Positions 1-12,500 of a stretch of DNA of 64,000 nucleotides are shown piece by piece; the first letter of the stretch is position 1, and each line of letters starts with the position of its first letter. The translations under genes were made by a program, and so were the position numbers. This DNA comes from Macrostomum lignano (Eukaryota), in NCBI GenBank assembly GCA_002269645.1, contig NIVC01000838.1:124001-188000 (forward strand), read 5' to 3'. The notes below the pieces were generated by a model. The model saw only the letters and a program-made list of their open reading frames with translations. It made no database searches and was not told where the DNA came from.

Positions 1-589
1 CCCTCGTCGCATGTTGGAATCAAGTAGATTTTACCAGCTTGTCAGTACTCGTATTTCCTGTGGTGACGGAACTTCTCAGCAAGTGCTTTTAATATCCAGC
101 CTTTTAATTGTTGAAGTTAAAGAATCCAAAAGAATCTAGCTTGTACAAGAAGCAGTTTGTTAGCTGTATTTATCGTGGAAATATTTATATTAAGCTTGCA
201 CTACAATAAATTTGATCTACTTCAGAATTAGTGTTGAAAAAAGAAGAGCTTATTAAATTAGCTGCCACGTAACTAGGTGAGAAACTTATCTACTAGCGTA
301 AAATAGATAAAACAAAAAGCATCTCACAAGCACATGAAACAAAGCATTGTCAGCGTAGTTGGTAGGTCTTAGAAGCAAAAAAGTGCTATCAGCACTTTAC
401 ACTAAACTAGCATCTCGCATTGGCCTGTCAGGAATGTCCACTATACTAAAAATGAGTCGTCCTTATACAGTATTCGCTCGTATATCGGTCGTTAGGAATG
501 TTCTACCTAAAATTTCCAATGTTCATATACAAAAGTACTGTAACGTTCAACCTCTGCACACGCTCGATTCGAGCGCTTCGCGATTAAAG

Positions 590-3500
590 CTATTGGTCCA
601 AATTGGCCTTGGAAATGTTCGAGTCACCAAACCGATTCTCAATGACCTGAAACGATGAGTTAATATTTTGTAGACAGTTCTCATCCGCCGACAGCAAGCG
701 GCTTCTATCAGATAGCACCTGGAAAACTGCTGCGTCCGCACGCCGAACTTGAGCAGCCAAGTAATCCAGCATGTCGGCTGCGTCACCGGACTGCAGGTTC
801 CGCATCGACCTAGAATCTAGCTCAACAAACTCCTCCAACGGCGAAACCAAAGATGATGGTACACCAATACCAGATGAAGGCATTGAATATCCGTCAAGAG
901 TGGACAATGCCGAAACACCATCATAAAGCTCCGGACTAGGACTTGCAATGCCCTGCGAATACCGAGGACTAGACAAAGGGACCGGAAAAAGTGTCGACGC
1001 CGATTTCCGCTCCGAATCAATATCCTCCTCTTCTACTAGAGCTGAAGCAGCGCCTCTCTCATCTACGCGACGTCTGTACTCGCCCAGCTCCGAGTCGAGT
1101 CGCTGCAGCGCTACTCGCGTCGCATCTGGCTGCAGCGCCGCTCGCGACTGCTCGACCGAGGTCACGACCGAGTTGTCGAACGGGCCTCCGATGCTTCTAA
1201 GCCGCGACAGTCGATCCGCCATCAGTCTGGCCACTTCCTCGTTCATTGACCTGTCTGGCTGCGCCTGTTGTTCTACTACTGCTGCGTCGTCCGGTATCAC
1301 CTGCGTTTCCTCTTTCTCGTCCTCTGCTAAAGCGGCCGCCGTGGCGCCTCTCTCGTCTACGCGACGTCTGTACTCGCCCAGCTCCGAGTCGAGTCGCTGC
1401 AGCGCTACTCGCGTCGCATCTGGCTGCAGCGCCGCTCGCGACTGCTCGACCGAGGTCACGACCGAGTTGTCGAACGGGCCTCCGATGCTTCTAAGCCGCG
1501 ACAGTCGATCCGCCATCAGTCTGGCCACTTCCTCGTTCATTGACCTGTCTGGCTGCGCCTGTTGTTCTACTACTGCTGCGTCGTCCGGTATCACCTGCGT
1601 TTCCTCTTTCTCGTCCTCTGCTAAAGCGGCCGCCGTGGCGCCTCTCTCGTCTACGCGACGTCTGTACTCGCCCAGCTCCGAGTCGAGTCGCTGCAGCGCT
1701 ACTCGCGTCGCATCTGGCTGCAGCGCCGCTCGCGACTGCTCGACCGAGGTCACGACCGAGTTGTCGAACGGGCCTCCGATGCTTCTAAGCCGCGACAGTC
1801 GATCCGCCATCAGTCTGGCCACTTCCTCGTTCATTGACCTGTCTGGCTGCGCCTGTTGTTCTACTACTGCTGCGTCGTCCGGTATCACCTGCGTTTCCTC
1901 TTTCTCGTCCTCTGCTAAAGCGGCCGCCGTGGCGCCTCTCTCGTCTACGCGACGTCTGTACTCGCCCAGCTCCGAGTCGAGTCGCTGCAGCGCTACTCGC
2001 GTCGCATCTGGCTGCAGCGCCGCTCGCGACTGCTCGACCGAGGTCACGACCGAGTTGTCGAACGGGCCTCCGATGCTTCTAAGCCGCGACAGTCGATCCG
2101 CCATCAGTCTGGCCACTTCCTCGTTCATTGACCTGTCTGGCTGCGCCTGTTGTTCTACTACTGCTGCGTCGTCCGGTATCACCTGCGTTTCCTCTTTCTC
2201 GTCCTCTGCTAAAGCGGCCGCCGTGACGCCTCTCTCGTCTACGCGACGTCTGTACTCGCCCAGCTCCGAGTCGAGTCGCTGCAGCGCTACTCGCGTCGCA
2301 TCTGGCTGCAGCGCCGCTCGCGACTGCTCGACCGAGGTCACGACCGAGTTGTCGAACGGGCCTCCGATGCTTCTAAGCCGCGACAGTCGATCCGCCATCA
2401 GTCTGGCCACTTCCTCGTTCATTGACCTGTCTGGCTGCGCCTGTTGTTCTACTACTGCTGCGTCGTCCGGTATCACCTGCGTTTCCTCTTTCTCGTCCTC
2501 TGCTAAAGCGGCCGCCGTGGCGCCTCTCTCGTCTACGCGACGTCTGTACTCGCCCAGCTCCGAGTCGAGTCGCTGCAGCGCTACTCGCGTCGCATCTGGC
2601 TGCAGCGCCGCTCGCGACTGCTCGACCGAGGTCACGACCGAGTTGTCGAACGGGCCTCCGATGCTTCTAAGCCGCGACAGTCGATCCGCCATCAGTCTGG
2701 CCACTTCCTCGTTCATTGACCTGTCTGGCTGCGCCTGTTGTTCTACTACTGCTGCGTCGTCCGGTATCACCTGCGTTTCCTCTTTCTCGTCCTCTGCTAA
2801 AGCGGCCGCCGTGGCGCCTCTCTCGTCTACGCGACGTCTGTACTCGCCCAGCTCCGAGTCGAGTCGCTGCAGCGCTACTCGCGTCGCATCTGGCTGCAGC
2901 GCCGCTCGCGACTGCTCGACCGAGGTCACGACCGAGTTGTCGAACGGGCCTCCGATGCTTCTAAGCCGCGACAGTCGATCCGCCATCAGTCTGGCCACTT
3001 CCTCGTTCATTGACCTGTCTGGCTGCGCCTGTTGTTCTACTACTGCTGCGTCGTCCGGTATCACCTGCGTTTCCTCTTTCTCGTCCTCTGCTAAAGCGGC
3101 CGCCGTGGCGCCTCTCTCGTCTACGCGACGTCTGTACTCGCCCAGCTCCGAGTCGAGTCGCTGCAGCGCTACTCGCGTCGCATCTGGCTGCAGCGCCGCT
3201 CGCGACTGCTCGACCGAGGTCACGACCGAGTTGTCGAACGGGCCTCCGATGCTTCTAAGCCGCGACAGTCGATCCGCCATCAGTCTGGCCACTTCCTCGT
3301 TCATTGACCTGTCTGGCTGCGCCTGTTGTTCTACTACTGCTGCGTCGTCCGGTATCACCTGCGTTTCCTCTTTCTCGTCCTCTGCTAAAGCGGCCGCCGT
3401 GGCGCCTCTCTCGTCTACGCGACGTCTGTACTCGCCCAGCTCCGAGTCGAGTCGCTGCAGCGCTACTCGCGTCGCATCTGGCTGCAGCGCCGCTCGCGAC

Positions 3501-6500
3501 TGCTCGACCGAGGTCACGACCGAGTTGTCGAACGGGCCTCCGATGCTTCTAAGCCGCGACAGTCGATCCGCCATCAGTCTGGCCACTTCCTCGTTCATTG
3601 ACCTGTCTGGCTGCGCCTGTTGTTCTACTACTGCTGCGTCGTCCGGTATCACCTGCGTTTCCTCTTTCTCGTCCTCTGCTAAAGCGGCCGGGGCGCCTCT
3701 CTCATTTACGCGACGTCTGTACTCGCCCAGCTCCGAGTCGAGTCGCTGCAGCGCTACTCGCGTCGCATCTGGCTGCAGCGCCGCTCGCGACTGCTCGACC
3801 GAGGTCACGACCGAGTTGTCGAACGGGCCTCCGATGCTTCTAAGCCGCGACAGTCGATCCGCCATCAGTCTGGCCACTTCCTCGTTCATTGACCTGTCTG
3901 GCTGCGCCTGTTGTTCTACTACTGCTGCGTCGTCCGGTATCACCTGCGTTTCCTCTTTCTCGTCCTCTGCTAAAGCGGCCGCCGTGGCGCCTCTCTCGTC
4001 TACGCGACGTCTGTACTCGCCCAGCTCCGAGTCGAGTCGCTGCAGCGCTACTCGCGTCGCATCTGGCTGCAGCGCCGCTCGCGACTGCTCGACCGAGGTC
4101 ACGACCGAGTTGTCGAACGGGCCTCCGATGCTTCTAAGCCGCGACAGTCGATCCGCCATCAGTCTGGCCACTTCCTCGTTCATTGACCTGTCTGGCTGCG
4201 CCTGTTGTTCTACTACTGCTGCGTCGTCCGGTATCACCTGCGTTTCCTCTTTCTCGTCCTCTGCTAAAGCGGCCGCCGTGGCGCCTCTCTCGTCTACGCG
4301 ACGTCTGTACTCGCCCAGCTCCGAGTCGAGTCGCTGCAGCGCTACTCGCGTCGCATCTGGCTGCAGCGCCGCTCGCGACTGCTCGACCGAGGTCACGACC
4401 GAGCTGTCGAACGGGCCTCCGATGCTTCTAAGCTGCGACAGTCGATCCGCCATCAGTCTGGCCACTTCCTCGTTCAATAGCTCTTCTAAAGTGTCAAACT
4501 TAAGTGACATTTTCGTTGGATTAATAACGTCGAGTCCTTGATGGTGGACCTGGTCGTCAGCGATTTCGGAATGGCTGTCTATTTCGACTATTAGTGGCCC
4601 AAGTTGAGGTAGTTTTGAGACTGTGCGGTCTTGTTGCTCCCAAACTCCCGTAGATAGTATATACGTTTTTGTTGTATCGAAGTCGGTTGTGAAGTACTTT
4701 AATAGTTGTTTCATTCGAAAAATAGACCTTCTTGCCGCTCTAGCCTTCTTTTTATCTTGCATATGACAGTCTAACATTTCGTCTGCCTTAGCGAATAGCA
4801 TCGCGTACTTTTGCCAAGTGTTGCCTTGAAAGTTGGTACTTAGATACGCTTTAAGTAGCTTTTCTCTCGTTTCTTTCGAAAAATATCTTAACTCACGATG
4901 ATGAACTGGAATACGGCAGAGAGCGCACTGAATGACTTCAAGATGATTTTTGTCCGCCTGAACAATATATTGAATTGATTTTAGCAAAGCATACTCGAAT
5001 TTCGTCAAAGATTTGCTTAGCCTGGCGTATCTTTCAATAGCCAACACTGTCTCGCGGTAACTACGAGACGCTTCAGTTATATGGCTCTGCAGTGTCTCAC
5101 TTATTTTCAGGAGACATACGTGAACGCCAGACCAGTACTGACCGTACCGCTGAAATGTCTTCACGGCTGAGAAATATTGCTCAGAAAAATAATGCAGACC
5201 GACACAGGCAGCGTCTGCGGGAACAACATCCGCGTCACCGAACCTCTCAATCCACAATGAGAGATATGAAAATGATGCCTCGTTGCGCTTTCTAATCTCG
5301 GACCAAAGAGGTTCTTGCTGAACCGCGAAAAGAATTTCTTTAACAGGACCACAAACCAAATCCTCTCTAAACAATGAAGTCATTAGTTGAAGCTGACGCA
5401 CTAACTGTCGAAGGGCAGCTCCAACAAACTGTGCCTGAAGTACGCAGCAAAATGCCGTAAGACCACGATCAACCCTATAACGAAACCAATCAAAAACGCT
5501 CAAAAGCCGTTCAATGCTGCACACCATGGAATCCGTCAAATAAAAATGTTTAGAAAAAGATGTCAAATTTTCATCAAATGCTTCAGAGAGGATGTATGCT
5601 TCAGCATCTGCTTCTGGCTCTTCCTCCTCCTGTTCTGGCGCTGCAGCTTCCGCCTGTTCAGCTGCGGTGATCTCATCAAGGCGGCGCTTGTACTCTGCCA
5701 GCTCCGCGTTCAGTCGCTGCATCGCTCCGGGTCTAGCTGAATGCTGCAGCGCGGCTCGCGCCTGCTCCACCGACGTCAGCACCGAGGCGTCGAACAGTCC
5801 GATGCGATTCAGACGCGCCAGTCGCTCGATCGTAGCGTCAAACAGTGCCGCGTTCATTGCCGCGTCCTCGACGACCGGCTCAGCTTCTGGCTCTTCCTCC
5901 TCCTGTTCTGGCGCTGCAGCTTCCGCCTGTTCAGCTGCGGTGATCTCATCAAGGCGGCGCTTGTACTCTGCCAGCTCCGCGTTCAGTCGCTGCATCGCTC
6001 CGGGTCTAGCTGAATGCTGCAGCGCGGCTCGCGCCTGCTCCACCGACGTCAGCACCGAGGCGTCGAACAGTCCGATGCGATTCAGACGCGCCAGTCGCTC
6101 GATCGTAGCGTCAAACAGTGCCGCGTTCATTGCCGCGTCCTCGACGACCGGCTCAGCTTCTGGCTCTTCCTCCTCCTGTTCTGGCGCTGCAGCTTCCGCC
6201 TGTTCAGCTGCGGTGATCTCATCAAGGCGGCGCTTGTACTCTGCCAGCTCCGCGTTCAGTCGCTGCATCGCTCCGGGTCTAGCTGAATGCTGCAGCGCGG
6301 CTCGCGCCTGCTCCACCGACGTCAGCACCGAGGCGTCGAACAGTCCGATGCGATTCAGACGCGCCAGTCGCTCGATCGTAGCGTCAAACAGTGCCGCGTT
6401 CATTGCCGCGTCCTCGACGACCGGCTCAGCTTCTGGCTCTTCCTCCTCCTGTTCTGGCGCTGCAGCTTCCGCCTGTTCAGCTGCGGTGATCTCATCAAGG

Positions 6501-9500
6501 CGGCGCTTGTACTCTGCCAGCTCCGCGTTCAGTCGCTGCATCGCTCCGGGTCTAGCTGAATGCTGCAGCGCGGCTCGCGCCTGCTCCACCGACGTCAGCA
6601 CCGAGGCGTCGAACAGTCCGATGCGATTCAGACGCGCCAGTCGCTCGATCGTAGCGTCAAACAGTGCCGCGTTCATTGCCGCGTCCTCGACGACCGGCTC
6701 AGCTTCTGGCTCTTCCTCCTCCTGTTCTGGCGCTGCAGCTTCCGCCTGTTCAGCTGCGGTGATCTCATCAAGGCGGCGCTTGTACTCTGCCAGCTCCGCG
6801 TTCAGTCGCTGCATCGCTCCGGGTCTAGCTGAATGCTGCAGCGCGGCTCGCGCCTGCTCCACCGACGTCAGCACCGAGGCGTCGAACAGTCCGATGCGAT
6901 TCAGACGCGCCAGTCGCTCGATCGTAGCGTCAAACAGTGCCGCGTTCATTGCCGCGTCCTCGACGACCGGCTCAGCTTCTGGCTCTTCCTCCTCCTGTTC
7001 TGGCGCTGCAGCTTCCGCCTGTTCAGCTGCGGTGATCTCATCAAGGCGGCGCTTGTACTCTGCCAGCTCCGCGTTCAGTCGCTGCATCGCTCCGGGTCTA
7101 GCTGAATGCTGCAGCGCGGCTCGCGCCTGCTCCACCGACGTCAGCACCGAGGCGTCGAACAGTCCGATGCGATTCAGACGCGCCAGTCGCTCGATCGTAG
7201 CGTCAAACAGTGCCGCGTTCATTGCCGCGTCCTCGACGACCGGCTCAGCTTCTGGCTCTTCCTCCTCCTGTTCTGGCGCTGCAGCTTCCGCCTGTTCAGC
7301 TGCGGTGATCTCATCAAGGCGGCGCTTGTACTCTGCCAGCTCCGCGTTCAGTCGCTGCATCGCTCCGGGTCTAGCTGAATGCTGCAGCGCGGCTCGCGCC
7401 TGCTCCACCGACGTCAGCACCGAGGCGTCGAACAGTCCGATGCGATTCAGACGCGCCAGTCGCTCGATCGTAGCGTCAAACAGTGCCGCGTTCATTGCCG
7501 CGTCCTCGACGACCGGCTCAGCTTCTGGCTCTTCCTCCTCCTGTTCTGGCGCTGCAGCTTCCGCCTGTTCAGCTGCGGTGATCTCATCAAGGCGGCGCTT
7601 GTACTCTGCCAGCTCCGCGTTCAGTCGCTGCATCGCTCCGGGTCTAGCTGAATGCTGCAGCGCGGCTCGCGCCTGCTCCACCGACGTCAGCACCGAGGCG
7701 TCGAACAGTCCGATGCGATTCAGACGCGCCAGTCGCTCGATCGTAGCGTCAAACAGTGCCGCGTTCATTGCCGCGTCCTCGACGACCGGCTCAGCTTCTG
7801 GCTCTTCCTCCTCCTGTTCTGGCGCTGCAGCTTCCGCCTGTTCAGCTGCGGTGATCTCATCAAGGCGGCGCTTGTACTCTGCCAGCTCCGCGTTCAGTCG
7901 CTGCATCGCTCCGGGTCTAGCTGAATGCTGCAGCGCGGCTCGCGCCTGCTCCACCGACGTCAGCACCGAGGCGTCGAACAGTCCGATGCGATTCAGACGC
8001 GCCAGTCGCTCGATCGTAGCGTCAAACAGTGCCGCGTTCATTGCCGCGTCCTCGACGACCGGCTCAGCTTCTGGCTCTTCCTCCTCCTGTTCTGGCGCTG
8101 CAGCTTCCGCCTGTTCAGCTGCGGTGATCTCATCAAGGCGGCGCTTGTACTCTGCCAGCTCCGCGTTCAGTCGCTGCATCGCTCCGGGTCTAGCTGAATG
8201 CTGCAGCGCGGCTCGCGCCTGCTCCACCGACGTCAGCACCGAGGCGTCGAACAGTCCGATGCGATTCAGACGCGCCAGTCGCTCGATCGTAGCGTCAAAC
8301 AGTGCCGCGTTCATTGCCGCGTCCTCGACGACCGGCTCAGCTTCTGGCTCTTCCTCCTCCTGTTCTGGCGCTGCAGCTTCCGCCTGTTCAGCTGCGGTGA
8401 TCTCATCAAGGCGGCGCTTGTACTCTGCCAGCTCCGCGTTCAGTCGCTGCATCGCTCCGGGTCTAGCTGAATGCTGCAGCGCGGCTCGCGCCTGCTCCAC
8501 CGACGTCAGCACCGAGGCGTCGAACAGTCCGATGCGATTCAGACGCGCCAGTCGCTCGATCGTAGCGTCAAACAGTGCCGCGTTCATTGCCGCGTCCTCG
8601 ACGACCGGCTCAGCTTCTGGCTCTTCCTCCTCCTGTTCTGGCGCTGCAGCTTCCGCCTGTTCAGCTGCGGTGATCTCATCAAGGCGGCGCTTGTACTCTG
8701 CCAGCTCCGCGTTCAGTCGCTGCATCGCTCCGGGTCTAGCTGAATGCTGCAGCGCGGCTCGCGCCTGCTCCACCGACGTCAGCACCGAGGCGTCGAACAG
8801 TCCGATGCGATTCAGACGCGCCAGTCGCTCGATCGTAGCGTCAAACAGTGCCGCGTTCATTGCCGCGTCCTCGACGACCGGCTCAGCTTCTGGCTCTTCC
8901 TCCTCCTGTTCTGGCGCTGCAGCTTCCGCCTGTTCAGCTGCGGTGATCTCATCAAGGCGGCGCTTGTACTCTGCCAGCTCCGCGTTCAGTCGCTGCATCG
9001 CTCCGGGTCTAGCTGAATGCTGCAGCGCGGCTCGCGCCTGCTCCACCGACGTCAGCACCGAGGCGTCGAACAGTCCGATGCGATTCAGACGCGCCAGTCG
9101 CTCGATCGTAGCGTCAAACAGTGCCGCGTTCATTGCCGCGTCCTCGACGACCGGCTCAGCTTCTGGCTCTTCCTCCTCCTGTTCTGGCGCTGCAGCTTCC
9201 GCCTGTTCAGCTGCGGTGATCTCATCAAGGCGGCGCTTGTACTCTGCCAGCTCCGCGTTCAGTCGCTGCATCGCTCCGGGTCTAGCTGAATGCTGCAGCG
9301 CGGCTCGCGCCTGCTCCACCGACGTCAGCACCGAGGCGTCGAACAGTCCGATGCGATTCAGACGCGCCAGTCGCTCGATCGTAGCGTCAAACAGTGCCGC
9401 GTTCATTGCCGCGTCCTCGACGACCGGCTCAGCTTCTGGCTCTTCCTCCTCCTGTTCTGGCGCTGCAGCTTCCGCCTGTTCAGCTGCGGTGATCTCATCA

Positions 9501-12500
9501 AGGCGGCGCTTGTACTCTGCCAGCTCCGCGTTCAGTCGCTGCATCGCTCCGGGTCTAGCTGAATGCTGCAGCGCGGCTCGCGCCTGCTCCACCGACGTCA
9601 GCACCGAGGCGTCGAACAGTCCGATGCGATTCAGACGCGCCAGTCGCTCGATCGTAGCGTCAAACAGTGCCGCGTTCATTGCCGCGTCCTCGACGACCGG
9701 CTCAGCTTCTGGCTCTTCCTCCTCCTGTTCTGGCGCTGCAGCTTCCGCCTGTTCAGCTGCGGTGATCTCATCAAGGCGGCGCTTGTACTCTGCCAGCTCC
9801 GCGTTCAGTCGCTGCATCGCTCCGGGTCTAGCTGAATGCTGCAGCGCGGCTCGCGCCTGCTCCACCGACGTCAGCACCGAGGCGTCGAACAGTCCGATGC
9901 GATTCAGACGCGCCAGTCGCTCGATCGTAGCGTCAAACAGTGCCGCGTTCATTGCCGCGTCCTCGACGACCGGCTCAGCTTCTGGCTCTTCCTCCTCCTG
10001 TTCTGGCGCTGCAGCTTCCGCCTGTTCAGCTGCGGTGATCTCATCAAGGCGGCGCTTGTACTCTGCCAGCTCCGCGTTCAGTCGCTGCATCGCTCCGGGT
10101 CTAGCTGAATGCTGCAGCGCGGCTCGCGCCTGCTCCACCGACGTCAGCACCGAGGCGTCGAACAGTCCGATGCGATTCAGACGCGCCAGTCGCTCGATCG
10201 TAGCGTCAAACAGTGCCGCGTTCATTGCCGCGTCCTCGACGACCGGCTCAGCTTCTGGCTCTTCCTCCTCCTGTTCTGGCGCTGCAGCTTCCGCCTGTTC
10301 AGCTGCGGTGATCTCATCAAGGCGGCGCTTGTACTCTGCCAGCTCCGCGTTCAGTCGCTGCATCGCTCCGGGTCTAGCTGAATGCTGCAGCGCGGCTCGC
10401 GCCTGCTCCACCGACGTCAGCACCGAGGCGTCGAACAGTCCGATGCGATTCAGACGCGCCAGTCGCTCGATCGTAGCGTCAAACAGTGCCGCGTTCATTG
10501 CCGCGTTTTCTTTTTGGTTTCCTGCTTTTGTTCGTATTGGAATTCTATTGTGTCTGCGATTTCGTTTCGGAATGGTAGCATTTTTGGGAGTGAGTCTGTT
10601 GTTTTTTGTTGTATTTGCCATAATCCGGTCGAAAGTATGTAGTTTCTAGTGTGATCAAAGTCTTTGGTGTAAATATGCAGTAGTCGCTTGAACCTTCCCA
10701 GTGCTTGTCGTCCTACTGGTGCACTTTGACCTTTAGTGAGCTGATGCTGAAGGCCTTTCTCTGCATGCAAAAATATGGATAAAAACTTTTTCCAAGTGGA
10801 CCCCTCCGTTAATAGTAAACGAGGCGCTTGATAAAGAAAGCTTCTAGTTGACTCAGTTAGAAATTCATATCGGAGTTTTTTAAGAGGAATCCGGAGTAAA
10901 GAGCATTGGATCGCCTCACAATAGTAGTCTGTAGCTTCTGAGATATGGCCTATCGCAGTTTTCATTGACAGTTCAAAACGTACCATGTCGCTGTTTAGAA
11001 GTGCGTACTTGTTTAGCATGGCTAAACAATTAGACAATTCTGCTGAAAAATCTGCAACCAAGAATTTATTCATTGATACCATCGATATTTGAAGACCGTG
11101 CCAATATGATCTTCTACTATGTAAAATTTCCAGTTGACGATGTATCGAATTAAAAAATTCTGATAAATTCACGTTCCTACACGACGACAGTTGATTCTCC
11201 GAATTCGATGCAATTTCTATCCAATATGAGATTTGAGCAACTTCAGCAGTATGCCGTTCTGAGATCCATGACCAAAACTTACACCGCATTAGCTCTACCA
11301 TAGTCTGACGAAGAGGCGAAACAAGGAACTGGATCAACTCGGCAGACCTTGCGATACGTAGCTGCTGTAAAACTCCTTTCACAAGAAAACTCGAATGGCA
11401 AAGCTGGACCCCGGATGCTAGGCTACGAATGCCAGGCCGAAGCTCTTGCAAAAACATTGGGCGAGCGTCCACAGTTTATGGAGACCATGTACCAGAGGCA
11501 TAGGAGACAAGGAATCAGACGGATAAACAGAGCACAAGAAGTTAATCTGGTCCACTAAGTCTTTCCAACGCTGCTGCTCGGTTACCTTGTTTTCCTGACC
11601 AATAACCGTCAACATTGACGCTTGCTTCTTGTAAGAATCCAACGCACCGTCGAGGCGTTCCATCGATCCGGGTGTTGCACCACTCGACAGCAGAGCCCGT
11701 GCCATTCGACAGATGTCAGCACCGACTCGTCATACAGTCCAGACGCCTTCAACTTGTTCAGCCTCGAGATCATCAGCTCCGTCACAGCCGCGCTGGTCGG
11801 TGCTGCTTCCTCTGGCGGCTGCTTTGACTCGACACGCTTTCCAACCTCGTCCGTGGAAACCTGTGGCTTCTCGACCTCAGCTGCAGGAGCTTCTGACTTT
11901 GGAGTCTCGTCCGGTTGTACGCCATCTTCCTTGTCAACGACAGCCGCGGCCAGAAGAGCGTCTCTATCTGACGCTTGCTTCTTGTAAGAATCCAACGCAC
12001 CGTCGAGGCGTTCCATCGATCCGGGTGTTGCACCACTCGACAGCAGAGCCCGTGCCATTCCGACAGATGTCAGCACCGACTCGTCATACAGTCCAGACGC
12101 CTTCAACTTGTTCAGCCTCGAGATCATCAGCTCCGTCACAGCCGCGCTGGTCGGTGCTGCTTCCTCTGGCGGCTGCTTTGACTCGACACGCTTTCCAACC
12201 TCGTCCGTGGAAACCTGTGGCTTCTCGACCTCAGCTGCAGGAGCTTCTGACTTTGGAGTCTCGTCCGGTTGTACGCCATCTTCCTTGTCAACGACAGCCG
12301 CGGCCAGAAGAGCGTCTCTATCTGACGCTTGCTTCTTGTAAGAATCCAACGCACCGTCGAGGCGTTCCATCGATCCGGGTGTTGCACCACTCGACAGCAG
12401 AGCCCGTGCCATTCCGACAGATGTCAGCACCGACTCGTCATACAGTCCAGACGCCTTCAACTTGTTCAGCCTCGAGATCATCAGCTCCGTCACAGCCGCG

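Noticed and set aside
590-10621. ORF 590-10621 as an independent gene starting MANTTKNN
   Set aside because: Its first ~38 codons overlap, out of frame, the conserved LSTGLWQ end of domain A1, so the start codon looks coincidental. Not fully excluded without cDNA.
10505-11710. Programmed -1 ribosomal frameshifting as the explanation for the frame breaks
   Set aside because: No canonical X-XXY-YYZ heptamer in frame (best are C-AAA-AAG and T-TTT-TGC). One break is a plain deletion relative to 19 sibling units. Three successive recoding events would give negligible yield.
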